DNA of 64,000 nucleotides from Prasinococcaceae sp. CCMP 1430 (lineage: Eukaryota; Plantae; Prasinodermophyta), in contig RQSC01000520.1 in the NCBI GenBank assembly GCA_013416795.1, positions 12,046-76,045 on the forward strand. Reading direction: 5' to 3'. The first letter of the stretch is position 1; every line of letters begins with the position of its first letter. The notes beneath the pieces are model-generated. The model searched no databases, had not been told where the DNA came from, and saw only the letters and a program-made list of their open reading frames with translations. Shown piece after piece: positions 11,795-23,360 of this stretch. A program made the translations under genes and the position numbers.

Positions 11795-13469
11795 TCACAG
11801 GAGGTCGAGCACGGCATCCATCTCGCACGCATCGCCCAGCGCGCCGAGTGCCTCCTCGAAGTCCGCTCGACCGAGTCCGAACCGGAAATACTGCGAGTGC
11901 GCGGTCAGTGTCTGAAGGGCCAAGGGCAGCACCTCTCGCGTGGACGTCGCACTCGCTGTCATGCGCGCGCGCGCGCGTACCTCGGGCCGTCCGAAATCGA
12001 GCGCGGTGGCGGGCAGTAATAGCACGGACGCCTCTTCCACGATCGCGTCTGACAGCACCTCCGCGTCGGCACCGTCTCGTTTGAAGCGCGGCCTGCGCGG
12101 AGCGTGCGGGCGAGTGATTGGGTCGGGATGCACGCGCGAGGGCGTCAGGGGCGCCTTCCAGCGTTGCAAGCAGCCGCGCACATGCTCCGGGCCTACAGCC
12201 TCCTTGTGCGCGTGCGCGCACGTGCGCGCCCGCACTGTGACGCACATGGCAAAGGTCGCCGCCGCGGGGCCACCCTTGGCCCAAGCGAAGATGTTCTCGC
12301 GTTCAGCAAAGAACTCGTCAGCAATGGCGACGTTCTGTGCAACGCGCGCCTTGACGCGCCCCTGCAGCTCGGGCGCGGCGCGCACGGCTGCGAGCGCGAG
12401 CACCTCGGACGGCCCCGGCGAGCAGATGGTGGTGAAATCGCGCAGCTCGCGCATGCGCGTCATGAGCTTTCTGTCACGCGTCGCAATCCAGCCCATTCTC
12501 AGGCCCGGCAGGCCGTAGGTCTTGGACAACCCCCCCAGGCAGAGCGACGAGCGCTCGACGTCGATGTCTGCGAACGAAGGCAGCGTGCCTCGGCCTCCGT
12601 GCTCGACGCCGCGGTACATCTCGTCGCTGAAGACGGCCGCGCCCGCTCCATTCGCGACGGCCGCCACGCGCGCCTGCTCCTCGGGCGTGAGCATGCAGCC
12701 GGACGGGTTGTGCGGAAAGTTGATCACCACGATGCCCGTCTGCCCTGGCTCGACAAGCGCCTCCAGATCTTCCACGTCGAAGCGCAGCGACACGCCGTCG
12801 GCAGGATCCACGCGCGGCTCCCAGAAGCTCACACGCAGGCCGAAAGTCGACTCCAAGATCTGGTAGAGCGACTGGTATGCCGGGCTGGTGCACACGACGT
12901 GCGTCTTGCCCTCGGCGAGGAGCCGCTCGCCGAGCGCGGTCATCGCCAGGTAGACGCCCTCCTCCGGCGCAATGACGAGCAGGTCCTCCGCGGCGACGTC
13001 AGTGTACTGCTCAGCGATGGCCTCGCGCAGCTCGGGCATCCCCTGCGACTCCGTGTATCCCAGCACCATCGAGTCGTACCGCGCGCGAGAGTCGGCGTCG
13101 GCGACGTCGAGCAGCTCCTGCAGCGTGAGTGGCTCGGGGTCCGAGCAGCACAGCAGGTACTCGGTGCAGAACTCGTACTGGCACGGCGATCGGCGCGGCG
13201 CGTCAGCGGCGACTTGCAGGCGCGGCGGCTGGGCTCGCACGAACGGTCGTCCTAGGCTGCGCACGCACCTTTGCGAACCACCTCTCGAGCCTGAACTGCG
13301 GCAGCGGCGCGACGCCGCCCGCCTGCCCGCTCGCCTGCTCGCCGCGCGCAGTGTGCCGTACGCCGGCATACACACCCACACCCTCCTCCCCTGCCGAGCC
13401 CGCGCCTGGCGGGGCCCCAGGCCCGCCTCGCGCGGCGTGCCCTAATGCTAATGCGCGTACAAACCCCAT
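11795..13469 (-). CDS. PLP-dependent class I/II aminotransferase, bacterial-like (capreomycidine synthase/VioD-like subfamily); multi-exon
   Basis: FRLERWFAK|YEFCTEYLLCCSD...LGYTESQG (intron 13268-13178); INFPHNPSG, FSDEMY, GLSKTYGLPGLRMGW (PLP Lys); last exon YFRFGLGR. Start uncertain. Confidence 0.85.
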
Positions 13470-14315
13470 ATCAAACTCCATTACAAACACAAAGGACATT
13501 CATTATGACCTTCACCAGATCTTGGTCAATCCAAATTAAATGTTTCTATCTTGGCCAGTGTGAATGCAGATGTCGATGAGTTTGAAATGCATGTGTGTGC
13601 GTGTGCCTTCAAATGTACGTATGGAATGTGCTGTACGGCATTTTTGTGTGTGATTTTCGTGGTATCGCGGCGTTCGCGCCGGCGGCTGCGGCGGCTGCGC
13701 GCGGGCCTCGCCCTGTGCACGAGGAGAGGGTGGGTGGGGGGCGTGGGGTCGCCGCCTCCGCCACACGGTGGCGCTTGCGCGCGAGAGGGTTGGCCTCGCG
13801 CGCGCCTCGGCCACCATGTGGTCGCCCTTCCGCGCGGCGGGCGTGGTGTGCGACGGCCCGGCGGCGCCGTACGGGGGGTGAGTGAAGTTCGACGAGGTCT
13901 TCTGGAGGATGCCTGGCCGGTAGCGCGCGCGCGGCGGATCCCGCGGCGGGGCAGCAGCGCATGATGCGACAAGGAGCGGGGCGGGGTCGGCGCCGGCGCC
14001 GGCGTGTGTGCCACGCCCGCCCCCCCAGCCCCGACGCGGCCTCGGGCGGCCTCGATCACCACCTTGAACCCTACTACATGTGCAAACCCAATATTCCGGG
14101 TCTTCGCTGCCTGACCCCCACCGGCCACCGCGCACCGCACGCCGCGCGACACAGGGCGACGCAGACCAGGTGAACGGAGGTGGGATCCTTCTGTGGCGCC
14201 TCTCATCATGAGGGCTTCCTGGAAACTTATATGGGTTCATGGCGGCGGTGTGACCTGCGCGTACCTTGGCCTCGGCAGGGGCGAGGCGAGGCGTCTCTGA
14301 GAGGCGCGAGCGCTT

Positions 14316-15708
14316 CTACCTGCCGTCGGCCTTGCTCGCGACGATTTGCACGTCGGTCCCATTCACGACGCCGTCGCAGTTCACGTCGAAAATGCCTGCG
14401 CAGCCCGCGCCAGCTTGCGCCGACAAGAACACAGGTTCGTACCCCGCGGTCGTGCAACTCATGTGAGTGGCCTCCTGTCGAGGGGCGGTGATCTCTCCAG
14501 TGGAGGGGTAAAAAGCGCCCGTGGTCATGTACGGCTCGGTCGCGTGTGCGGCACCGGAGAGCACGAGCTCGATCACCTCCAGGAGCGCGCAGGCGGACGG
14601 CATCAAGGGGCACAAACAACGTCGGAGCTCCGTCAGTCAGTCGCACTTCAGCAAGCGGAGGAAAAATCAGCGTCTGCCGCGCTCGACGCGAGCAGCAGAT
14701 CGCGCGCAGGGAGGGCACGGCGGTGCGCGTACCTCGTCGGAGCTCGGGGCGTACACACGCTGGAGCTCAAGGAGTGGGAGACCAAGCCCAGCGCGCAGTT
14801 CGCCGAGGAGAAGCCCTACGTAACCTGGCCAGAAACCTGTCGGGGGCGATGCGGTGTAGTTGCCGTCGAGGCCCCAGTCGAAGGGGCCGAGCGCGGCGAG
14901 CTGTGCAACGCGGTGAGCAGCACGCGTCAGTCCTCGGCCGCCCGCGCGCTCCGACTGGCAGAGGCAGCGTCTGACGTGGGAGTGCCACACGAGCACCGAC
15001 GCACGCGATGATGGGCCGCCGTTGGCGCTCGGCACTACCTGCCAGGATCGCCCGCGCGCATAGCGCACATACCTTGAGCACGCCGCTCTGGAAGACGTCG
15101 CTGATGACATCGGTGGCAGGCACGTTGGCGGCGACCGGGTACGGGAAGAGATCGGGCGCGGCGGCGCAGGTCGCCGCCGAGGCCACGTAGAAAGGCGAGC
15201 TAGCGTCAAGCAGCTCTGCGAAGCCGCCACTGGCGACCACGTTGGCGATCGCGGCGTTGACCGCGGCGGCCATGTGCACCGACGAGGTGTACGTCGCATT
15301 GGTGCCGTTCACGGCGTCGTCGCAGACGCGGCTGGGCATGAGCATCATGGCGCGAGGCGATATGGCCTCCGAGGAGAACACGACGAGGCCTTCCGAATCC
15401 TCGGGCGGGCCCGACAGCGATCCCGCCAGCAGGGTGCCCGAGCGCACGGCCTCCAGCAGGTCCGCCTGATCCTCGAAGATTGCTACGGTAGTCTTGCCCG
15501 GCACTTTTGCATCGCCCTCGGCGCGCGGGGGCAGCACGTGCGAGACGCTCGCGTAGTTCGCATCCGAGAGAAAGCCCACTAGGCCGCCCTCCGAGGCGAT
15601 CGTTGAGTACAGATCTGCCGTGTTGGCGATGGGCGCCGCGAGCACCGACGAGGAGGGAGCCGCGAGCGCGAGCGCGAGCGCGAGCGTGGACGCGCGCAAA
15701 GCCACCAT
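14316..15708 (-). CDS. Secreted protein, substrate-binding-protein-like, with C-terminal dockerin/EF-hand-like loop; exons 15708-15073, 14900-14733, ~14576-14316
   Basis: Signal peptide MVALRASTLALALALAAPSSSVLA; GVLK|LAALGPFDWGLDGNY..PTGFWP; ends FDVNCDGVVNGTDVQIVAS. Fold assignment is an impression only. Confidence 0.6.
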
Positions 15709-16749
15709 CGCGGCTGCTGCGGAGGATGATCCGGATCGAGGGCGCCGCCTCGCGCGGAGAAATGCCGCGGGTCGATCCCGCCAAAAATGTCACCGCGCCG
15801 GCGGCGGGGTTTGCGCAATCCGACAGCGCGCGGCAGCGGGAGGGCTCGCCGGGCCACCGACGACAGTGCGGAGGAGGAGGGCGCGTCGCGCGCGGATCGT
15901 GCCGATCGCGCGGTGTGTGGCGTGGCGGCCGCGCGCAGTGAGGACCGCCGGGCCACAGTGGTCGCGCGCGCTTTTGCGCGGCCGCGCGCCAGCCTGTCGG
16001 GCCGCCCGCACGCGCGCCCGTCCCACCCCACCCCCTCGCGTAAGACCCACTCATTGATTGTCCCACACGTCAGGCCCAGGCGCGCCTGGCCGCCGAACAC
16101 GACGGTGCGAGAGGGTGCTTCATCACCACGGGGCCGAGAGAAGCGAGAGGCGCGCGACCTGTCCTCGCCAGGGCAGCAAGGTGGGGTGCGCGCGGCGGCG
16201 GCGCGGATAACGCTCTAGCTACCGAGGTAGAGCGAGGCGGGCGGCGCACGATGAAGCAACGCAGGAGTGCGCGGGACCTACTCTCTAGCTAGAGGGGTTC
16301 CTACCACACCATCGATACAGGTGGCAAGGCACGAGACGGAGCGCCGGCAGGGTCGCGCGATGCCACAGCTGTTGCTGCCACGCTTCCTCCTCCCGCGCGA
16401 CACACCCTCTCAGTCTCTCTAGCTCTCTATCGCCGCGTTGGCGGTTACACATTCCGTGGGCAGGTAGGGTTCTGGCCACGCGGGTCGCTTGTTGCGTCTG
16501 TGTCACGGTCAGTGAGTTCATGCATCTCAGAGTTCGGTGCGAAATCCGATCGATTGCCGCGTCCGACCGCAGAAGGCTCCCCATTCTCATCAATCTCCCT
16601 AAAAGTCCGCTCCGCTGGTATCGCGCGCTCGCGCGCGGGCGGGGGGCGGCGCCCACGGCGACGAGGGACGACGACGGTGTGGTATGGTACACGCTTGGTT
16701 ACACAGTGCACAACGTCGCGGGAGGAGCCGCGCTCCGCTGCCGGCGCGC

Positions 16750-17400
16750 TCATCGCCGCCGCGGCGCGGTGGCCAGGATGGCGGCGGCCATGGCCGCGGC
16801 GCCCACCGCGAGGCCCGCCGACGCCGCCGGCAGCGCGTACTCCCACAGCGCCGCGCGCTTCGACTCCGCGCGGAGCCTCTCGGTGCCGCGGCGCGTCTCC
16901 GTGCGCCACTTGGAGTGCATCTGCTCCTCCACTCGCAATCTCTGTCTGAGCCGCGCGGCCTCGGCGGCCAGCTTGGAGCGCTCCTCGGCGTACTCCGCCT
17001 CCGCCTCCTCCCGCGTCGCCGTGGCGGCCGCAAGCGCGCCTCGCCACACGCCGTCGCGCGCGGCCGCGGCGGCAGAGAGCCGCAGCTCCAGCTCCTCGGT
17101 GCGTGCCTCGGCCTCGCGCTGCAGCGAGCGCGCCTCCTCGGCTTCCGCGCGCGACCTCGCCGCAGCGTCGAGCGCCTTGCTCAGCTGCGCGAGCACCCGC
17201 TCGAGCGCCGACGACGCCTGCGCGGGACCCGCGCTCGCCGCGCTGCCGTAGCTGTTTGAGAACGATGACGAGAGCGACGCCTCGGAGAGCGTCTCGCACG
17301 CGTCTGTGTACGCGTCATCGCCACCGCACGACGACGTCGCCTGTGATCTGTTGCCGCCACTGCCCGCGCCGGGGACGGGCGGCTGCGCGTGCCCAGCGAG
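16750..17400 (-). CDS. Hypothetical coiled-coil protein with C-terminal hydrophobic anchor (partial model)
   Basis: E/A/R-rich heptad region, then ALPAASAGLAVGAAAMAAAILATAPRRR*. One N at 17418; 5' end unresolved. Confidence 0.45.
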   Translation of the reverse strand, partial: LAGHAQPPVPGAGSGGNRSQATSSCGGDDAYTDACETLSEASLSSSFSNSYGSAASAGPAQASSALERVLAQLSKALDAAARSRAEAEEARSLQREAEARTEELELRLSAAAAARDGVWRGALAAATATREEAEAEYAEERSKLAAEAARLRQRLRVEEQMHSKWRTETRRGTERLRAESKRAALWEYALPAASAGLAVGAAAMAAAILATAPRRR

Positions 17401-18764
17401 CTGCTGCTTGTGCGACANGTCGTAGAGCGGCCGCGCGGCGTGGGTGCTCCTACCTGGAAGAAGGCGGAGGGCGCGCTGTGTGGCGCTGCGCCGCCGCACA
17501 CAGGCCAGCCGCACCCTCCGACCCCCCCTTTAATGTGAGTTCCGTTTCGGTTGGGATTTGACCCGACACCTCATAACGAGCGCTGACGGCCCAACGGTCC
17601 CTTCGCTCCAATGGCGACAATAGGGTCCGCATGCAACCCACATTCAAATGCATTGTGATGTGGACTCGAATGGGCTCGCGGTTGGGGTTGCGTCGCGCAT
17701 ACCCGGGGGCCGGCGCGCGCACCCCGCCCGACGGAAAGGAAAAAAAAAAGCGGACGTCAGTCGTTCTTTCTGTACGTACGTACGTGAGGGGACGTCACAT
17801 CAGATGAGAGCGCCGAAGTGGGCTGCCACCCCGTGCGAAGAGACCTCAAAACCCAAACTCAAAATATATGCAATGTGATATACATAAAGAACCCTGTTAT
17901 TTGGATACCCTTATTATTCGACGCGGCGGTGGTAAAAAAAAAAAAAAAACGCCGGGAGCGCGCGCGCGCGCGGCGCCCCCGCCCCCCTTTTTTTTTTTTT
18001 TGCCACCCACCCGCCGCCGCGTTCCGCGGAACGCGTTTTCGCGCGCTCCCGCGCGACCTTTCATCTGTGTGTCGCGACGGATTCGGCGCTTCCAGCGCGG
18101 CGCGTTCCGCGTTTTTTTTTTGTTTCGCGCGCGCGCTCGCGCAACGCCAAACGCCCCGCCCCCCCCACCCCCGCTCCCCCCGTCGCCGGCCGACGCCGCA
18201 ACCCGAACCGTTCGCGGGCGCGTCAATGACATCAAATGACACCCGATGGAGGGACCACCTATAAACCCTAAATAGATATACCGTAAGTGAAGGGAAAAGG
18301 GGAAGAAGAGGCGCGCGCGCGCGCGCGCGCGCGTCACACGGGCGCGGCCGCCTGCGTGGCGGGGGGGGGAGGGGGAGGGCGCGCGGGCGAGCGCGCGCGC
18401 GACGGCGACGACGACGGCGAGGCGCTCGCTGCTGCCCGCGTCCGCGCCGGCGCGACGCGCACCACCCCTCTTCCCCCTTCACCCTCCCCACGCGCGCCCG
18501 CGCCGGGGTGCCGCGCTACTACAAGTAGCGCGAGAGGCGCGCTCCGGCGCCAGCTTTGCTCGGCCGGAGCGTCCGCGAGCTCACGCGTGCCTGCTGCCGT
18601 CCACTTCCGCACACTGCGCGCGCACGCGCCACGCACGCAAACCGCGCCGTCGGACGCGCGCGCGACTCGGTAGAGCATCGCCGCTCGCGCGGCCGCCGAG
18701 TTCCGCGCGCGCACGGCGGCGAGCAAGGCTCTGGCGGCCGCAGCTGGCGGGCCGGCCGCGGCGC

Positions 18765-20292
18765 AGGCCGTGCCGACACCGGTGTATTCCGCGGGCGGCG
18801 TCGGAGTCACGGGCGAGTTCGCGTGGGGGGGAGCACACGCGATGCCCGCGATGCCCGCGGCCGCGCCCGTGCGCATGGTGCAGGTCGACGGCGGCGGCGC
18901 CGAGACGGCGGCCAACGCGCGCTCCCCGACGCGGGTGCGCTCGGCCACGCGGCCGCGCGCGCGCACGACGCTTGCGGCGGGCGGCAGAAAGGTGGCAGGC
19001 GCGAGGGCCACGAACGGTGCCAAGGCGAGGGGGTGCGTCAGGCGCGCGCATTGAGCGCCTGCTCGACCAGGCGTTCGCGCACGCGCGCCGCGCGAGCACG
19101 CCCCGCTCGTTCGCGCCCATGCTCCTCGCGCGCCTGCAGCTCCTCGCGCGCCTGCGCGAGCGCTGCTGACGAAGACGTGTGCGCCGGTGGGCTCTGGTCT
19201 GGACCCCTCACGCGCTCCTGCCCGCATGCGCCCTACGCAAACAGGGCGCGCGCCGCGGGCTCGCGCCCCGCGGCCGGCGGAAAGGGCGGGAAGAGCGGCA
19301 GCAGGAGCGGCAGGAGCGGCACGACGAGCACGGGCGGCAAGAGGCGCTCGCACCAGCGCTGGTCAATGGAGGTGCGCCGCACCCGCGCGCCGCGCGCCCA
19401 CATGCGCCAGCGTGCACTCGCGCTCCCTGTGCGCTGGCTCTGTGGTGCATGCGTGCGCTTGACCGGCGCGCGGACGCTCTGGCTGACTCGCGCTGTGTCG
19501 CCGCGCGATGTGATGCTTCTCGGCGCGCGTGCGTGGCGCCTGCAGGAAACTACTGCGCTGGTGGACGGCGTCGAACGCTTCGGGCTGGGCAAGTGGGCGG
19601 AGATCAAGAAGCACACCTTCGACGAGACGAGCGGGCGCACACCTGTGGACCTCAAAGACAAGTGGCGAAACCTCAGCAAGGCTTTGGCCAAAGCTGCGGG
19701 GTGCGTGCGCGTGCGCGTGCATTGCGCGCGTTGTTCTTGCGGGGGGCGACGATGCGGAGTGCCCCTGAGCGGTGCGCGCGAGGCTGACGCGCGCGTGGGT
19801 CCGCGCACCCCTCGCACGCTCGCACAATCGCTCGCTCGCTCGAGCAGGGATGCCGCAACGCAGCGCCTCGAGACAGAGTACTCGCCCGAGCTTATGCAGC
19901 GCGTACGGGACCTCATTCCTGGCAACGAGGGAGGCAGCCGGGCGCGCGCGAGGGGCGGCGCCAGCGGGAGCGGTGGTGCCGCCGCCGTTTCGCGCGCAGC
20001 GAACGGCGGCGCTGATGCGGCTGGCAGGCGCAAGCGGCAACGAAAGCCGGCCGCGGGAGCAGTGGCGACGGCCGCACCGAAAGCTGCGAGGGGATTGGCG
20101 GACGAAGATGCCCGGGGTGGCCCTGGCGGTGGCGCCGGCGGCACTGCAGGGAGTATGAATGAGGTCTTCGCGCAGCCGCTCCTCGCGCCGCACGCGGCGG
20201 ACGTGCACACTGCCGAGCAGCTGCTCATGCCCACTGCTGGTGTCAACGGGATGGTTGATCCGGCCATGAGCTTCATCCTGCCATCGATCTAG
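18765..20292 (+). CDS. Telomere-repeat-binding-factor-like (TRFL) single Myb protein; multi-exon, start unresolved
   Basis: KRRSHQRWSME|ETTALVDGVERFGLGKWAEIKK...RTPVDLKDKWRNL (intron 19372-19545); VDLKDKWRN is the telobox Myb signature. Confidence 0.85.
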
Positions 20293-20509
20293 AGGAGGGC
20301 ACACAATGCAGGTACAGCGCACGTGCGCGGCTCATGTAAGAGTCGCCATGCGTCCTGTGCGCCAGGCGTGTGCATCCGAGCTGTGCTTTGCGTTGGAAGG
20401 CCTTGGGAGCAAGGCCCGGTAGTTTACAGTGCGTTGGCTTGGATGTCAGACAGCGCCGCAGGGCGTGCGCGGGAGAGCGTCGCCGAGGCGATGAGACCCA
20501 CCCGGCGCG

Positions 20510-22996
20510 TCAAATCCACGTCGGCACCCCGAAGTTCTCGAATACTTTGATTTCGCCCCCGAAGCCTGCGGAGACGATCACGCGACCCACGGCGGCGGCG
20601 GCGGCCACAGCCGCGACGCCCGCCGCCGCGGCGGCCTTGGCGTCTGAGTTGATCACCTTGCCCTGAATCTTGCTCGCATTGGTGCCCACGGGTGGCTGTG
20701 CCACAGCCTCGAGCTCCTCCTCCTCGTGCAGCACAGCAGGTCTGCGCACGCAACTGAATCTGCGCGGCGCGAAGATGGACACCGACACGATGTGCTGGTG
20801 CGCAAGAAAGCACTCGAACGACGCATGCTTGTCCTTTCGGTAGCCCGTGTAAATGGGGTTAATCGACGGCACGAAGGAATTGACCGTCGACCACACATAC
20901 GTGCACTCGTCCTCGCTGCCGCACACGATGAAGTCGCCCTCCTCCGAGAACGATGCGCGGATCTGCGCGTTGACGTTCTGCAGGCCCTTGTACTTGCAAA
21001 CGAGGGTGTATCCATCGTACACGCGCAGCCGGCTGTCGTTGCTTGTCACTAACAGCTTCTGCGAATCGCCAGGCATGAAGCACAGACCGGTGATCTTCTT
21101 GCCGGGGGCATTGGCCGCTGCACGCGCGTTGCGCACGTCGATCTGCGTGACATACTCGAATCGGTGATCCTCTGTGCGGTAGAACCTGCAAGTGCCCTTG
21201 TACGAGCCCACCACGGCCTTGTCCCCGCCGGGAGCGAACGCGACAGCAGTGATCATCTCGTGCAGGTCGACGAAGTCGGTCACCACGTGGTCTGGAATGT
21301 TCCACAGTCGCAGTTTCTCGTCTAGGCTGCCGCTTAGGAAGAACTTGTCGTCCGTGGGGTTAAAGTCCACGCTCGTCACGAAGTCGTTGTGCACAAAGAT
21401 ACGGAGGCACTCATCCATGGAGATGTGCCACAGGCGCACGGTTTTGTCCATCGAAGCGCTCAGCAGGAAGTCGGTCGACGACCACGCGATGTCCAACACG
21501 TCAGCTTTATGGCCACGCCACACGCGCAGCGGCTTGTCCTGGAAGAGCTGGTAGCGCTCGTGAGCACCGTTCGAGCCGTCGCTGGCGCCCATGCGGTCGT
21601 CTGCGCTGAGCTCCGGAGGCGAGGCGTGCGCCCCTCCAGTGCTGGTGTCGCGTCCAATTCCGCCACCCCCGCTGCTCCCTGCGCCATCCGCCTTTCGTTC
21701 GCCTTTCCGGACCCCCCCCGGCGCACCGCCAGCATCCCCTTGCCCCATGGCCCCTACATCAGCCCCGGCCTCTGCTGCGGCTGCGGCAGCTGCCCTCTCG
21801 GCCGGATCCCTCGGGTTGGTAGCCCAGACGCGAACTGTGGCGTCCTGCCCTGCACTGGCCATGTGGCTGCCACCATGTGAGAACTTCATGCACCATACCG
21901 CGCCGTTGTGGCTCCGTAGCTCCTGCGCAAGGCGCACATCGGTGAACTCCTTGTAGTGTTTGCGGTGCACGAAGACCTTCGCGCGCACGGGTGCAGAGCC
22001 CGGTCCGAGCCCAGATTGCGACTCGGGGGTGGTCTGCATGGCGCGCGTGTGCTCCGCAGCGTCGAATGCTTGCTCGGGCATGGCGGGGGACTCGCCCGGG
22101 TACGCGGTCCCCTGGGACATGGCATGCGAGGGGTACGGGCTGCCATTCTCTGAGCGCGAACTAGCCTTGCTAGCATTGCCGCTGCCAGCAGCGGCACGCT
22201 CCGATGCCTGTCGGTCTGGGTGCCGAGGTGCCGTGTCTGCCGTGGGCACGCTCGGGTGCGGGAACGACGGCCGCGAATCGCGCATCGACGGCAGCCGCTT
22301 CTTCATCCAGCCCTTCACCGCTTTCTTGCCTTTGCCCTCGCGGCCATTCGCCCCGCCTGTGGTGCCGACGCCTGCAGACCCACCCGATGCCCCTCCATTT
22401 GCTGCCGCTGCCGCGGCCGCCTCGCGCTGCTGCACCTCACGCCAGATTGGGCTTGCGAATCCGAGGCTCTCGGCGAACTCGTTCATGGAGAGCGAACGGC
22501 CGGTCGCCGGGTCGTGCACCACTGGCGAGTCAGGCGACGACGGCACCTCCTGATCGTAGCTACTCGCAGACGCAGGAGGCGAGGCGTTGCTCGCATGTCC
22601 CGCGAGGTGCGAGGTCGGCGTGCCCGCGCCATCTCCGCGATCGCCGCCGCTCGCAGCAGCGTTGGGCCCCGCACCGCTCGCGTCCATGATGAACTCCCTG
22701 CCGCTGTCGAGGTCCTTGATCACCATGGTGCGCTCAAGCATGGAACAGGAAAGGCCCTTCCCGCCGGACGAGCCAGCATCGTCACTCGCACCCGCCGTTG
22801 CGACGTCGCCAGCATCGGTCGCCCCGTCCTTGCTGCTCGCACCGTTCTCGCCGCCGCCCAGTGCCTCGCTCACACCGGCACTGCTGATGCTGACGAGCGA
22901 GTTCTGCCTGGAGAGGTGATCGGCGGCCTCGAAGAACTCATCATCATCGTCTGAGGTGGCGCACACGTCGCCTTGCGGCGACATGTCCGCCGCCAT
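20510..22996 (-). CDS. WDR44: WD40-repeat protein, WDR44/rabphilin-11-like; apparently single exon
   Basis: HNGAVWCMKFS, GHKADVLDIAWS, LLSASMDKTVRLW, HNDFVTSVDFNPTDDKFFLSGSLDEKLRLW, LLVTSNDSRLRVYD; N-terminal DDEFFEA (FFAT-like). Confidence 0.9.
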   Translation of the reverse strand: MAADMSPQGDVCATSDDDDEFFEAADHLSRQNSLVSISSAGVSEALGGGENGASSKDGATDAGDVATAGASDDAGSSGGKGLSCSMLERTMVIKDLDSGREFIMDASGAGPNAAASGGDRGDGAGTPTSHLAGHASNASPPASASSYDQEVPSSPDSPVVHDPATGRSLSMNEFAESLGFASPIWREVQQREAAAAAAANGGASGGSAGVGTTGGANGREGKGKKAVKGWMKKRLPSMRDSRPSFPHPSVPTADTAPRHPDRQASERAAAGSGNASKASSRSENGSPYPSHAMSQGTAYPGESPAMPEQAFDAAEHTRAMQTTPESQSGLGPGSAPVRAKVFVHRKHYKEFTDVRLAQELRSHNGAVWCMKFSHGGSHMASAGQDATVRVWATNPRDPAERAAAAAAAEAGADVGAMGQGDAGGAPGGVRKGERKADGAGSSGGGGIGRDTSTGGAHASPPELSADDRMGASDGSNGAHERYQLFQDKPLRVWRGHKADVLDIAWSSTDFLLSASMDKTVRLWHISMDECLRIFVHNDFVTSVDFNPTDDKFFLSGSLDEKLRLWNIPDHVVTDFVDLHEMITAVAFAPGGDKAVVGSYKGTCRFYRTEDHRFEYVTQIDVRNARAAANAPGKKITGLCFMPGDSQKLLVTSNDSRLRVYDGYTLVCKYKGLQNVNAQIRASFSEEGDFIVCGSEDECTYVWSTVNSFVPSINPIYTGYRKDKHASFECFLAHQHIVSVSIFAPRRFSCVRRPAVLHEEEELEAVAQPPVGTNASKIQGKVINSDAKAAAAAGVAAVAAAAAVGRVIVSAGFGGEIKVFENFGVPTWI

Positions 22997-23360
22997 CCAC
23001 CCAGTCGCCCTCGATCTCGCCCGCACGCCGCCGCCGACGAACAACCCAAAGGCAGCGCCGTGGCCGCGTCGCGCCGCCGCAGATGCGTGAGCTCTCCGAT
23101 GCCACCGCGCGCGGCGGGGGAAGCGCTGACGGCGCGCCCGAGCGGGCGCCGCGCGTGCGCTTCGATGGGACGCTGCGGCTCACATCAAAATCAAACGCCA
23201 CGCCACGCCACCCCACCTCGGTCCCGTTCAGCTCCAGCCTTCAGCACGAGCGCGAGCGAGCGCGAGCGCGAGCGCGATGAGCAGTAATTAAATAGGAAAT
23301 TAAGTGCTGAGAAATTCAGATCGCGCCGGCATCCGCGAGTTTTGGCCCTGCTTTTGATTC

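Noticed and set aside
11795-13469. Aminotransferase as the kynurenine aminotransferase of the KMO cluster
   Set aside because: About 44 kb away with many unrelated genes between, and no motif evidence for kynurenine specificity.
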